This document shows, piece after piece, positions 47,670 through 61,667 of a DNA stretch of 64,000 bases. This DNA comes from Dimorphilus gyrociliatus (taxonomy: Eukaryota; Animalia; Annelida): NCBI GenBank assembly GCA_904063045.1, contig CAJFCJ010000027.1, positions 1-64,000 on the forward strand, written 5' to 3'. How positions within the stretch are numbered: the stretch's first letter is position 1; each line of letters starts with the position of its first letter. The position numbers and the translations under genes are program-made. The notes below the pieces were generated by a model. The model made no database searches. It worked only from the letters and a program-made list of their open reading frames with translations, and had not been told where the DNA came from.

Positions 47670-50600
47670 AAGATAGAGATGGGTGGATGGATGGAGAGAT
47701 AGGTGGAGGAATGCAAGAGTGTGTATGACTTTTGAGAAAAGATTAGATCCATCATCCTCTGCAATGCGTTTTGAATGATTTTGAGTGATTGTTTATGGGT
47801 TAGTTGGAGTAAGTAAGTAAGTGAATGATTGAGCCGGTTGGTGGTGTGCGTGTGTCGGTGTATGTAATGTAAAAGAGAAAAGAGAAGTCAATTTGAATAA
47901 ATGAATGACGAAATTAATTAAATTTTCATGAAATGTTGTCTACTCATTGTTTTAGTAGATGAGAAATTATTTCATTTCGCTGTTTGACCTTATCGGCCTG
48001 TAACCTTTGCTACAATTTGGCAGTGAGGAAATCGAATAAATCGTGGGCGAATAAATCCCCCAAAATTCGAACGTCAAGAAAATTGCGGGGAAAGACGCCG
48101 GCTGAATACGTGAATAATTTCCTCCAAAGACAATTTGCCCCCGAACTGTACAAATTTCTCACTGTACCCAGTAAATACGTACAGATAAAAAACATCTGCC
48201 AAAGTCGTCTCTGCACAAGCCTTTATACTCCACATTACTAAGGCGTCCTTTTGTGGAAATTGACGGCCCTGCAAGTTTTTCCGGCTACTTTTTAGGGTAT
48301 CATTAAATGAAGTGTGTGTAAATTGGTCTAAAAATGGAAAATTTGAAAGGCGTAAAGTTTGTTGACACATCACGCGACTTGGGGATAATCAATCTCACAC
48401 CTGAATTGTGCCGGATCAGTCTGGCAATCAGTGCACGAATATACACAGATAATCTTGTCACGCAGCTCAACTAACTCGACAAACAAACAATCGTTCTCTT
48501 GCTTTTGAATAATTTATTACTAGCTCCACAGATGATTGCTAATTTAACAACAATAAAATTTTACACCTCCTTTCCCCCTCATTTCTGTCGATTACAAAAT
48601 TTTCTCTCAGTATTTCCTTCTGTATCGCATTCTCTTTTCATTATCTCTTATCTCTTTTCCCCCTTGTTTTATGAAATTATACGTTCTTTCTCTTATCTTT
48701 TATTTCTTTCTCTCTCTCTCTCTCTCTCTCTCTCCTCTCCCTGTCTATATTTCTATCTATAGATTTCTTCTTTTTCTAGTTCTTCTCTACATCCTCTGGC
48801 CTCTTTTCCCTTTCTTCTCCTTCTTCCTCTTCTTCAATATTTATCAGTAGGACAAACAAAGTTGAAATGTTTAAAAAGATACACGAAAAGTCTCTCATCG
48901 AAAAAGAATCAAAAGAGGGGCAAAGTTAATTTGATTAATCCCGGTCTTTGATCAAATAAGGGACCGTGGGACCGTTTAAAGTGATTAGTAGTGCAGATTT
49001 TTAATTCATTAAAATAATAGCAAGAGTTTAGAACAGTAAAGAAAGACGGGGAGAAAAAAAAAGAGAAAGCAGAAAGTGCCTGGTAGATGGGATTAGAAGA
49101 TAGACAGATAGAGAGAGAGAGAGGAAGAAAGAAAAAGTAGACAATGCCTAGGTAAAAGAGTGATTCAATCTAGTTGATTCTGAGAAGAAAAAGTAAAAGA
49201 TTCCAAGGTCATTCACCATTAATCTGGCTACCGATAAAAACCAATGAAACTTAACACTTTTATTTGTGTACATTTTCTTTTTCTCCCTCTAAAAAGGTTT
49301 CTCATATTCGATCATTACGTTAGCTTTTCGGAAATTAACTGTTAAATTGCACAAAATTACAGAAATTGCAAGGATAGCTTAATTACTTATTAGTTTTAGT
49401 AGAAAGCAGGAAGGAGAATAGAAAGGCTCTAGTCAAAAGTGGCAATTTGTAATATGAACAAGAAGAGAGCGACAACCCCCTCCCCTTCCCTCCCAGTTGA
49501 AAAGATGGGCAGAGGATAAATTCGGAAGGCAGATAGAGAAACTAAATATTGCAAAGGTTTCCAGCTCAAGAAAATTTGTACTAAAAAACATTCAAAGATG
49601 TGAATAGATGGGGAAAATTTCAAACAGAAAAAGAGATATATATATACTGTATATATATATATATGGGGAGAGAGAGAGGGAGAGAGAGAGAGGGAAGGAA
49701 AGATCGCAATTATCTACGGCTTGGCCTGCCAAAAGACTAATTAAGAGCAAAAGCGAAAAAACATAAATAATTTAAGAAAAGTTATGGGATTAAAGCTATG
49801 GGAGACGCAGATGAGCGTTTAGCGTTGATTCGTTTCAATCGCAAACTAAACACAATACATCAAAAGGCCTATTCATTATTTATTTATTTGAACAAGAGTA
49901 AACAGAGCATAGAAAATAAGCAAATATTGTAATGACATAAGGCCAAAATTATTAGGATGGAAAATAAAGACTCTTGAGGGAAAATTGATTATGTAAATCG
50001 ATTGAATTTCTATTCAAATCGATTTAATTATCTTGTTTCGTTTAGACATGATTCCTTTTCTTTTTTACTAATTTTGCACATTTGAATATTCTTTTCATGA
50101 TCAAAGGATGGCCGCCTTATCCTGTTAGACACCATAAAAAAGTCCTCTTTTAGAAAAGAGGAGGAAAAAAACCTAAAAGAAGAGAGCTAAACATAAAACG
50201 ACCTTCCATTTTCCATCGGCTCTTCCAAATCCCTTTCAATTTACCCTAGTTTTTATTAAAGATAAGTTTTCGCTTCGTTCCCGATACTAATTCTGATCAA
50301 CAAAAGAATCCTGGCGACGTTTATCTTGGCGGATAATCCCAAAGAAAACGTTTTCTTGCCCAATGTACACAAGAAATCATGGCCTACATTCCCCTTTTTT
50401 CCTCCTTATACTGCTACTTTTACGAATGATTGATTCGCGCGGATAATCGTTGTAACATTATAGTCGTTTTACCTTTTCTTCTTCTCTTCCCCTAACCACC
50501 CACTCCCGCCTTAACCATGCCTATTCGCAATCTTCCAATTCCACAAATGAATATACTAAATGGGGCGAGAAAAAAAAATGAAGAAAACTGCCCGACCAAA

Positions 50601-51521
50601 GAGACTATTAATTAGAAATAGAGAAGAAGGATAGGAAGAGAGATGGAAAAGAGAGAGAGTGAGAGAGAGACTTAGAGAGAGAATAAGAAGAAAAGACTAA
50701 AAGACGTCGTTTTAAAAAATAATACGAAACGCGTGTCACTTTCCACATACATATATTGTGTATAAAGCGTGAGTGTAAGAATGTGTCTAACAGAGAATTA
50801 TAGACGCAAAGCGGAAGAGAGGAGAAAGGTAAATCTGTATTCATCTTCTTTGAGTTCGTAAATCTTTCGCGTAAGGAACGATAGGAAAAATGGAAAAAAG
50901 TAGTGGAGAAGAGAATCGGGAAAAAAACGAAGAGCACTTGGCCGAACGAGAATGTCTTATTGGTGTGTAAAGAGAGATAAAGTTATCCATCAAAAGTCAT
51001 TATTATCTGTTGAATTAGAGAATTTCAGACATTTTTTAATATTTAATTACGACTAATTGGAGGAATTGGCGTGTTTAGTTGCTCTTTTAGACTGAAGTTC
51101 TTGTTTTTCCCTTTTCTCTTTATTCCTCTTCATTCTCTATCACTCTCCCTTTCTATTCGCTATGAACATACCACAGATTATTCCTATCTTCTTCCTTTTC
51201 GTCTTCAAGAAATTGAGGCGTCTTAACGAAACTGAGATATTAATGGAATATGACCTCGGTTCAAATATCGAGTATCGGGTGAAAAAAGTAAGGTAACTGT
51301 TGAATTCAATGGGCGGAGGGGCGGAAGAACAAAGTGAAATAGGGCAGAATATCGTCTAAGTCATATGTAACATAGGTGGAATTATTCTGATTGAGAGAGA
51401 GAAAAAACAAATTTAAAATGATGAAAAGAAGATAATTCCACTCAAATAGGTGGAGGATCCCCATAAGAATATGACGATAAAGAAATTTGCTGACAAAGAT
51501 ATATAAGCAACTCTTTCCCTT

Positions 51522-51564
<43 letters not shown>

Positions 51565-54200
51565 CTTTCTCTCAGCTTTCTCACGCTTTTCCTTTACTTA
51601 CTTTTTTCAAACTTTTTTCTCACCTTTAGTTATATTTAAATTATTTTGATTTCTGCAAGAATTTCTCTCTTCAACAAAATTTAGAATTTTGATGCATGGA
51701 AAGGAGAGAGAGGAAAGGGGTGGGTTAGGTGATTTATATATACTGTATATATATTACATATTGAGAGAGACGCGAGCGGAACGAGAATAAAATGTTTATA
51801 GTGAATTATTGAAAATAAACGAAAAAAAAATGAGAAACTGGGTAGTTTCAAGATTAGCTTAGTGTGATGGGTGGAGGGAAGACAACGACGGATAAAAAGA
51901 GAGGAAAATAAAAAGGCTAGTGAACAGACGAAAGAGAAAAATTCATAGTGGGAGACAGAGTTAGAACGATAGAAAGGGAGGTTCACAGTCATGGAGAGAG
52001 GGAGGCACAGATAGACAAATCTTAAAAATGTTAATTAACTGGGCTAAAATGATTCTAGATTGTATTTAGATTCAAATATCTTTTAAATTACACAAGTGTT
52101 AGGGCAGTTAGGCAGTTGGCAGCTTGCAGTTGGCGAACTGCAAACAACCTGCAGTTTGCGTGACTAAACAACAAGTGAGATACTGATGAAGGTAATGACT
52201 TGGTGTAAAGGTGACGTGCGTTACAATGATGTTATCATACTGAATGTACGAGTATTCCTATTAGGGTTATTACCATTACTGGCATTGTTATCGCCGTCAC
52301 AATTATCATTATGCTTATTGGTGTTTTTGGACTGATGCCTAATATTTATCTTGGCAATGTTCTCATCCATATTATCCAATTAATAATAGGAAATTCTATT
52401 GGTCCGTTTAAAATTATGTTGCTGGTCGAATTAATAGAATTCGTGAGTACATAGGTGTATGTGTGTGTGTGTGTGTGTGTGCGTGTGTGTCTGTGTCTGT
52501 GTCTGTATGCGTGTGTCCTTCTCCATGTCTCTGTCTCTGTGTCTCTTCCATTCCCTCTGAACATCCCTGTTGTTCGTCTGCTCACGCTTTGTCTAAGCAA
52601 CTGTTGACTTTGCTGTTAAAAAACAAAGAAAATTGTTCACAACCTGTCCTTTGAACGGTAAAGAGCTACTTGAGATTAGCATATTAAACAACGAGTATAT
52701 GAAAAGATTGTTACCTCTTTGAAGTAGAAGGGCGCCATCTATCAGCTTTGCATGTTACAGTAAGAACAGGGATGAAAAGTCGTATGGAGAGTTTATTAAG
52801 AGTGAAACGAGGGGGAATAAGAGATAATTAAATGAAATAAGGTGTTAACAAATATTAGAATAGCGGAAAGTATAGACAATTTTTCTGTCTAAATTGGTGA
52901 AATAAACTTGTTAGAGATTGTAATTTTATAGTAAATCTTACTAAAAAAAATAACATGCAATCAATTATTTACGAATTACAAACAACACAACTAAAAAGAC
53001 TACCAAAAACCATATTAATAATCATAATAGAACATTCTTTATTATCGCCATTTGATCTGCCAATAAATCTGCCAATCAGTTAGCGCTAACTTTCTTTCTC
53101 CCTCCCTCCCCGTCTAATTTTTATGACCTTTTCTTAATAGCAACCGTTTCCCTCTCCTCGTCTTCTATTCTTTAGTTATTCTTGACAAACAATTGAATTA
53201 AACTGGTAAAAAGGCCAAGCAAATGCGCTTAAGAAACGTATTCTAAAAATGTGACAAAGAGAGAGAGAGTGAGTGTGTGTGTATGTGTGTGTGTGTGTGT
53301 ATGAAGGAGAGAGAGAGAGAGAGGAAGAGAGGAAGAGAAAAAGAGCGGACGAGAGATAGACAGATTAGCACGAAAAGAATGTATGTTTGTATGTATGTAT
53401 GTGTGTGTGTGTGTGTATTAAGATGTAAATTAACAAATACAAAGAAATAAAACGACACCGCATTTCATTGTATTAGCAATATATAGAACAAAATGTTTTT
53501 ATTGTTTAATTACGTCAAACTTTTAACAGCTGCAGGTAAAAGTTTCTTTTATTGTTCTCGTTGTGTGGTTTAGTACTTTAAAAAGAAATAGAATGATAAA
53601 GTTACTCTATTCCTACTTCTACTACAACCATTCCTACTACTCCTACTGCCATGTTTAATGTTACTACTTTGACTAATACAATTGAAATTCATAAAAAAAA
53701 CAACAGTATGTTTTCCATTAAATGGAAACGAAAAGACTAGGCTGAAAAGAGAAACAAAATTTAAGACTAAACAGGAAATTCGATCAATTTATAGTTAAGG
53801 AAAAAATTGATGAATTATTTGAATTGTTTTTCGCTTCTGTTCCTATCCTTCTCCTCCCTTTCATTTACCTCTCTTTCTCTTTTCTCTTCTTTCCTCAGTC
53901 CTTTCGAATACAGAATGAGGAAAGAGAGGAATATTCTATCATAAATAAACCCTATTAAACAGATATGCTGTTTTGATGTGAACATTTTTTCAGAGTTTAG
54001 CCTAATTGAACAGACTTTAAATGAGGAGAGAGAGAAAGAGAGATAGAAAAGGATTGATAGGAGAGGCGAGGGGAAGGAAAGCGAAGAAGAGAGAAAAAGA
54101 ATTCAAGTGAACTGAGTGATGGAGAGGAAAGAGTTGAGCTAATTACTAAGTGAATTAGTAAGCAAACGGAAAAGCAACTTGAATTTTATGCACAATCTAT
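27400..54200. other. Gene-poor, microsatellite-dense region ((AG)n, (AT)n, (AC)n, GGAT/GATT/AGAC, GCG/GAC tracts)
   Basis: Dozens of simple repeats (e.g. ~30182-30245, ~32972-33090, ~36110-36155, ~40835-40920); listed ORFs are low-complexity translations of these. Confidence 0.8.
43447..43615. promoter_or_regulatory. Promoter/enhancer-like motif cluster
   Basis: GCATGCGC (NRF1-like, 43447-54), perfect palindrome TTTGTGACGTCACAAA (CRE, 43488-503), ATTGG (43518-22), palindrome TGGTTTACGTAAACCA (PAR-bZIP core, 43600-15). Confidence 0.5.
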
Positions 54201-54228
54201 ATATTATATTATTATTGTTATTAATATA

Positions 54229-56665
54229 TTAAACAACTATATAAGCCTTTTTTGTGATTTTTATAAAAAGTAATATGCCAGTGATTAGCATCCAGGCAAA
54301 GGAGAGAATTAGGTTAATTGTTGGATACCAGAAACAATGTACTTCTGTAAACAAATAGGCTGCGAGGACTGGTAGAATAGATGTTCCGATGTAAAAGCAC
54401 AAGAAGAAGCTGGAAACAAATTTTGGGGTAATTCTTAGGAAGGATCTCGACCAGATTAGAGAAACTGTAAAAGTAGTTCCAACGGATAAAGCATTTACCA
54501 AAATTCCAACCCACATCAACACTTTATTCGAATGGTTAATCGATATAAAGAACACTGCGCAAATCAGTGCCAATAAAATATTTCCTATAATCAACCAGAT
54601 AACTCTAATTTTCTTTAAAATAAATATATTGAGCAATCTTAATATAGTATAGGTCAGATAAACAACCATAGACACATCGGCCCCTTCCGACTTTTCCCAA
54701 TTAAGGCATTTTACACAGTAAGACAGTATTAAACTATTCAACACGTACTCTCTTCCCGCTTGAACAAATGCCATTAGGCAGAATAAAACTTTACATATTA
54801 CTTTTAAATTGTTTACTAATTTAAACTTTTTATTCGTCAACTCCTTTCCTAATTCTCGGTCAGTGTCTCTCGCTTTTTCTCCTGTTTCTTCTTCTTTCAA
54901 CACTTTTAATTCATCTTTATCCAACTCGGCATCGACGCTTTCTCTTTCTATGTTTTGTCTATGTATTTCAACTGCTTCCTTTTCCTTGGAGGAAGCTATC
55001 TGATCTAATCCAACATTTTCTCCATTTTCAGTATCGTTCTTATTGGAGTTTTCCTCGGAGAGTGGCCTATCGGTTTCCACCTTAGATTTAACGTCCATTT
55101 TGGGAATTTTTATACTTTCCCGTTTCACATAGCCATAGGCAAAACAAACAACCATAAAACAAGAATACACCGAAAAGATGCTATAGGGAATATAAATTCT
55201 ACTCTGATTCGATTCACCAGATTCTTTCGTTTGATTAGAATACAGAGTCGAATTAAAAATACTGCCATTGTTAATTATCGACTTCGATAAGAAAGGCTTA
55301 AAAAACATTGAAGTAAGGATACCCGAGAGAGGGAAAGTTGTATGAAGTATTTGCATATAAGGTCCAGTCTTTTCTTGCCATATTTCGTTCATCCTCGTAT
55401 TTCCGGCTGGGTTAAGAAAACACATATAGACTGAGAAGGGGAAAAGAGCGAGGAGATGGCTAAAAAAGGGAAAAATTTACTTAAACTTTGACCTGCAGTA
55501 CCAAAACCATTCATAAAAAAGATAAAGAGCATCAAGTGAAAGTTTTCCACCCACGAAATGCATAGAAAACCAACAGCCAAAATCGAAAGATAAATGCATT
55601 GCTTCAAAGAAGAATGAATAAGGTGTCCCAGCAAAAAGAATACTGGAGTACTTGAAATCAGTCCTAGGCCAAAAACTGTAAACAGATAGGATGCTTTCTC
55701 AATAGAGACTTTACATATTTCTGCCAGATCCACTATAGTAACTCCAGATGAAGAGACGGCGATACCCTATAAGATGATATGATATTTATACATTTGGTTG
55801 AACAATTAAGATTTTGGGAAAAGAAATAGGAGCTGAGAAAGAAGGATATGAGGAGGAAGATGACGAGGACGGAGGGAGGGGGCGGCGAGGAAGAAAATGG
55901 AAGATGAAAAGATGATTTTATGGATGGATGGATGGATGGATGGATGGGTGAAGCGTTGATATGATAAAGCTTTGAATCAGTCATTAAATGCATGAGTAAG
56001 ACATGTCTTTTTTACTTACCATGGAGAAAAATGCAGCAGAGTAGAGCACCGTTTCGAAATGACGAAAATCATATTTATCTAAAGCTGTCTTAAACATAAT
56101 CAAACCACCTTTTCTAACTCTTGGTTCTTTCTGTCACATAAAAATGAAGTAAACGATAAGACTTTAGCGAGAAAATTAGAAAATACTTTTCATTTTTTCT
56201 TTTATTTATTCATTTATTCTTTCTGTCACTCACTCACTCACTCTCTCTATCTATCTATCTCTCTTTCTTGATCAAAGTCAGTTTAAGCAAACACTTTAAA
56301 GGGATATATGCTAAAGAATTTAACGTCAAACGAGTTTTTCACTATATGTAAATACAGTATATACAGTATAAATATATATTGTTCATATCCCATAAATGCA
56401 TATATGTACCATACAAAAAGCAAAGCGTAAAGATACAATTAACAGTTGCTCGTCCTGTTATCTTGTTAGTGGATAAGGATACATATGCTTTGTAAAATAA
56501 TCGGAGAAATGACCTTTGCCTAGAAGGCCTTTCACCTTGACATAGTGATCCAACAATGAGGGTAAAAGACTAGAGTAATTTTAGGTTGAACTGGTGAAAA
56601 CCAATTAAAGATTTTATAGTTACCTGGATAGACTTATGAGGTAATTCTTCGTCGGATTCCGCCAT
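54229..56665 (-). CDS. Major facilitator superfamily transporter, MFSD4/NAGLT1-like (~546 aa)
   Basis: Exons 56665-56624, 56130-56020, 55766-55481, 55430-54229 with GT-AG sites in frame; two TM bundles separated by a long acidic loop; N-terminal GIAVSSSGVTIVDLA motif. Confidence 0.85.
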
Positions 56666-59561
56666 ATTATATTTTTTTAAGTCTGCAGATAAATCCTCCT
56701 ACAAGCACTAAAACGATAAGAAAGAAGATAAAATATGCATGATTTTACGTCCTCAGTTGCCTTGCAAGATGTGCAGATACTGAAGGTGTTGTCAGGCCAA
56801 AAAGTAAGTTGGAAGAGAAATAACTAGGCTCTTTTCGCTGACCTAGAAATTATTAAGTTCTGTCGACATTTTACACTCTGCAGTATTGATTTTGTACTAG
56901 ACTATCGTTAGTAGAGAAAAACATTATTCTCTGTGTCTAAATCTCTCTCTCTCTCCCTCGATTTATTCCTTTCCCCCAAAAAGATTATTGTTACCTATGA
57001 GATGATGAAGTCATTATAGAAATTTATCATAGATAATCAATTAGAAACTAATAGAACAAGGATAAAAGTTTAGTCAATGAGATAGATGGGGTTAGGTGTG
57101 TTTTAAAACAGTTATCAACTTTTGTTCAACATATTTCACGGTGTTATACTTTACATTATATACATTTCAGTATACGCATTGTACATAGTATCTATTTGTC
57201 AAAAAGTTTTTTTTTCTTCTGCTCCTTTCATCCTTCTTATTTCTCTGTTTCCTATTCCCTCACTTCTCCTCCCCTCCCCCTCCCCTCTTATTCTTGTTGT
57301 TCTTTCTACTGTTCTGCTTTAAAAAAATGCACTTGTCTTAAAAATATCTATAACCTAAATTAGAAAGGGTTAGGGTTAGTAGAAAATAATTGAGGAGAAT
57401 TAAGGAGAAATCGGTTCGCTCGAGGGCAAAACTAACAGTTTAATTTCACAGTATTTTCAGTAAATAACAGGTAGAAAAGAATTGATTAAACCATATTATA
57501 AACGCATAGATGAGTAGATTGTTACTTTTCATCTTATCCTTCGTATATAAATACTTCTTTTTTCAGAATTACCTTGAAAATATTAAACAACGCTTTCATA
57601 TAGAATGTAATTAAAACTATCACAGCAGAAAGAGAAAGAAGCAAAAGACTGTGAAGAGATGAAATAATCATTTCAAAAAAATCATTGTCGAGATATATTG
57701 GTCTAAGAGGAAGAATAGGAGCATAAAACCGGGCAGAAAGGACCATTTCGAGGTTTTAGTCCAATATTCGCGCTCCGCCCCTTCGTTCCGTTTCCCGTGA
57801 CGATTAGTAGAGATAAAGAAAATGCATATATAAAGTTTCACAGAATAGTTGAAGCATTTTTATTAAGTTTATTAAGGATAGTTACCGCCTATATTAATAA
57901 ACATTATTGAGGGTTAGGATAAAGCTGACATTTACCACTAAGAGAACAAAAGGACATACTATATATAAAACATATACAGTATACAGTCGACATGTAGTAT
58001 ATATACATATATGTATTTATACTGTATATTAATGTATTCGCAGATGGAAAGATAAATGGAGGGGAGCCAGTTTGTGACTCATAGGATTTATTTAAAAACA
58101 TAGAAATAGTCTCTTTCAAAGACATAAATCATTGACACGTGAACAAAAATTGACTGTTTGAAGAAGTATTATACAGTACATGTTGCTCTTTATATTTGAT
58201 TGATTTGAAAAATACCTGGGAAAGAAAATCATATATTGAATATTTATTAATAAACAAAAAATGTCTTTGACTCTTTTATTAATTCTACTGATAAGGCGCG
58301 TAAAGATTTGGTAGAGAAAAAGGAGGAGGAGACGATGAAGAGCAGCACAATAAATGGGAGGTAAAAACTTGATTTAGACGTTTAATTGCCTATAAATTGA
58401 AAAAATTTTGTATGGCAATAATACGCAGCTAGTCAAAAAAATTAGATTACGAATCTTGAAGTTTAGAGGAAATACTATGGAAATACGGCAAGCGGACGAA
58501 TTGAAGGAAAGACGCCTAGAGGCATTCGATTCACTCTATTAGCAAGAATAGAACGAAGTGAGGAAAAGTGTTGTCTTTAAAAGAATATATTATAGAATAG
58601 GATAGCGTTAAATTGAAGCGAAGAGACACTTTTGTTCTTTTGAATTACAGCAACAAGTTTATCTTGTAAAAGAAGATTGAAAAATGAAGAATATCTCTCT
58701 TGTCCAAATCATCTATCTTGTGTTTTTCTTCTTAAGGCCTTTATGGAAATCCTTAATGGCTAAAAATGTAAATTTATTGTCTTTCTCTCAAGGAAATATT
58801 ATTAGTGAAAGTCCCTCAAAAGTCCCTCTTCTCTTCTCTTTTTCCACGTTTATTGTGTCTATAGAAAGAATTTTAGGCGGTTATAGAGGATAAAGACAAA
58901 TTAATATGGTTGGGAATAGAACTTGACTACATTTCGAAATGCATGGTTATTAATAGAATTAGGAAAAAGCCGGGAGTATTTAAAATTTACTGCAAAATGG
59001 AATGATTAATAAATGAGTGGCAAATGTTTCGTTATGAATGGTTAAAATGCTGTGGCTGCTTGATTATTACTAAAATCGTTTAAAACACGATACCTAATTT
59101 GTTGAATGCTAACTGTAATAACATAAAATACGACAGTGAGATAGATAGATGAATAACAGTATTGACCGAATATAGATTGATCTGTTAAATACATAGTTGA
59201 TCTTCAAAGAAAAAGAAAAAGAAAAAGAAGAAGATTATAAAGAGACGGAGAGGAGACGGTGTAAAAACAAAGTGCATTAATTAGCTGATTTGTGTTTACA
59301 AGCGAAAATAGATGTTCCGCGAATAAAGAAAGAGAAAGAAATAGGCGAAAAACAATGAAAATTTTTCAAAGGAACAACAAAAACATTTAAAAGACAAGAA
59401 AACACTAATTAAGAGTTAAATTCTTTAGTCCTATTATCTATTTAATAGTGAAATATCTGCAATATACTAGAGACTCTAAATTGAATGTACCTATCGTCAC
59501 TTTCTTTCCTCTTTCACATACATAATTATACATATGTATACAGTATATATATATATATTAG

Positions 59562-59606
<45 letters not shown>

Positions 59607-60069
59607 CAATGCTTTTTCGCCTACGTATTCAACAAGATCAAGTTTTGCCTAATTATTAAAGATAAATATTTCATAAATCCAAAAATACTTGTTTTATTGT
59701 AAAGAAGAGAGAGAGAGAATAGTTACATTTGTTTTCTTTCGCTATATATAATTTCCAAGAAAGTTCTCTCCTATCTCTTTCAGTCTGTTTTTAACAAGGA
59801 TCTAAAATAAGCAAACTCCTTGTTACTACTTTATACTGGGAATTGTAGAATTTCTTAAAAGTTGATGAGGAAAGTGTTGAAAAAACTATAAAAGATTTTT
59901 GACTTTAACTTTAACTCATTTGTTTATTTTCACTTTCTTTTGGTTGTTTAATTAAATATAAACAAATAAATATATGTACATTGAACGCCAATCCAAGGAT
60001 AGAGATACCAAGTGAATGTCAAGTAAAAAGAAGAGAAAAGAAACCAAAGCACAAAAGAAAAAATGTAAA

Positions 60070-60893
60070 TTAAAGAGACGGTAGGATGTTGTTTCTCCAT
60101 TCTGTTCCATCGTCTAACCTTCGTCGTCTTTCTTGAACATTGGTTAACTTATGGTTGCTAAAAAACTGCTTTGCTAGTGATAAAAACGTAATAGAATCAC
60201 GAATGTAATAGTGATAGACGACTTGACTTGCCAGCGATTGCGTTAAATTTAAAGGATCATATTTAGAATTCAATGTCAATCTTTCAAGTTTTCTGATAGT
60301 CGTAATCTTTAAATCAACCGCTTTATAGATTAACTCTCTAATTAAAAACTTTATCACTTTTTCCGTATTGCTTCCAAGAAAATTGGATATTTCGGACTGT
60401 AAATGTTTTGGCCATATTTCTTGTCTTAATCTATACTCGTAGAAAAAATATTCTATCATCAAGAAATGCTCAAAAATCACTTTAAACTTTTCTTCGTAGC
60501 TAGAGGCCGAAGAGTATATTTCACAGAAATTCGGCTTGACGAAAACACTTGGGCAAGAGGATTTTATTGAAAAATCAGCACATTCCATAACTTTGAAAAA
60601 GAGATCTGCCGAAGCATTCTGAACAGAGACAAGGGAAAAAAAAAACCATGTAAATAAGTTCAAGTTAAAGATATTCTTACCTTGATTGTCTCGCAGGTAT
60701 ATTTGAATTGATGGAGTAGATTGTTAACGTTGTGAATAATTCGAAATTTCCATTCTGCCGACAAGTCCACTGTGGAATGTTCGTCAAACGGCGGATATCT
60801 GTCTAGAACTTTGAGGATAATATCGTTTCTTAAACTGACTCCGGCACCAAGAAGCATAGAGAAGATAATAAAATATTTTAATTCGAGTTCCAT
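60070..60893 (-). CDS. Secreted helical protein of unknown function (~253 aa), possibly four-helix cytokine-like
   Basis: Exons 60893-60681 and 60618-60070 (62-bp GT-AG intron, phase 0); signal-peptide-like MELELKYFIIFSMLLGAGVS; four Cys. Confidence 0.75.
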
Positions 60894-61605
60894 GTTGAAG
60901 AGCAAACTCTTTGATAATTAAATGGTAAGGAAAATCAACTTATATAAGATTATGCGAGTTTCCTTTTTTTCCAGAAAATAGTAGTATCATGTGTCAGAAA
61001 ACCTCAACAAAAGAGTATTTTCTAAAGCTACGACTGGTTTTCTGTATGCTTAGATATTTTTGCATCCATATTATATAAAAGTATATATATATATATTTAC
61101 ATATATATATAGGGTTATGGATATTGCATTGTGAGGATAATCAAAGATGGGTTTTTTAAAATATGACGAAAACCATGGTATATTCTACTTTGAAACTATC
61201 AAGAAAGTAAACTACAAACTAATAAGTCCTATTAGCTATGTTGGTTTGTTGTGTTTGCATAAAAAGAGGCAACAGAAAGTATGACTAAGTGTACATAGTT
61301 TGACGATACAGTATTATTTTTATTTATATTATTTAATAAAAAAGATAATGACGTAGCAGTCATCTTTTATCAGCTGTATATCAACAGTAGGGTAGAAGAG
61401 ACGCTTTGTGATGCTTTTGTACTTTTTGTATAAGCCAACTTCAGACTATTTCCTTATATAAATATACGGAAAAAATTGTATATGTATTATTGTGAATTAT
61501 CGTCAATAGAGCATCTATTAGCCCCTTGTATGCTTTTCTTGTTGTCTTTTCTTAGTTGGAATTGCAAACAATAGGATCTATAGGAAAAATAGGCTTATGG
61601 TTATA

Positions 61606-61667
61606 TATATATTCAGCAAATACGTTTATATATATATATATATATAAACGTATTTGCTGAATATATA
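61606..61667. repeat. Perfect 62-bp palindrome
   Basis: TATATATTCAGCAAATACGTT (TA)10 AACGTATTTGCTGAATATATA. Confidence 0.95.

Noticed and set aside
52183-52200. CTGATGA and other isolated hammerhead-core heptamers outside the subtelomere (also ~18209)
   Set aside because: No helix II plus GAAA plus NUH arrangement follows.
28000-53500. Long ORFs such as 32868-33605, 36724-37245 and 40511-40975
   Set aside because: Poly-SL, RE, YI or R translations of microsatellites.
15908-57920. Isolated 1-2 unit GGGTTAGGG matches (e.g. ~15910, ~24540, ~44480, ~57367, ~57911) as ITS or telomerase RNA templates
   Set aside because: Too short, within purine-rich sequence, with no flanking duplication or supporting structure seen.
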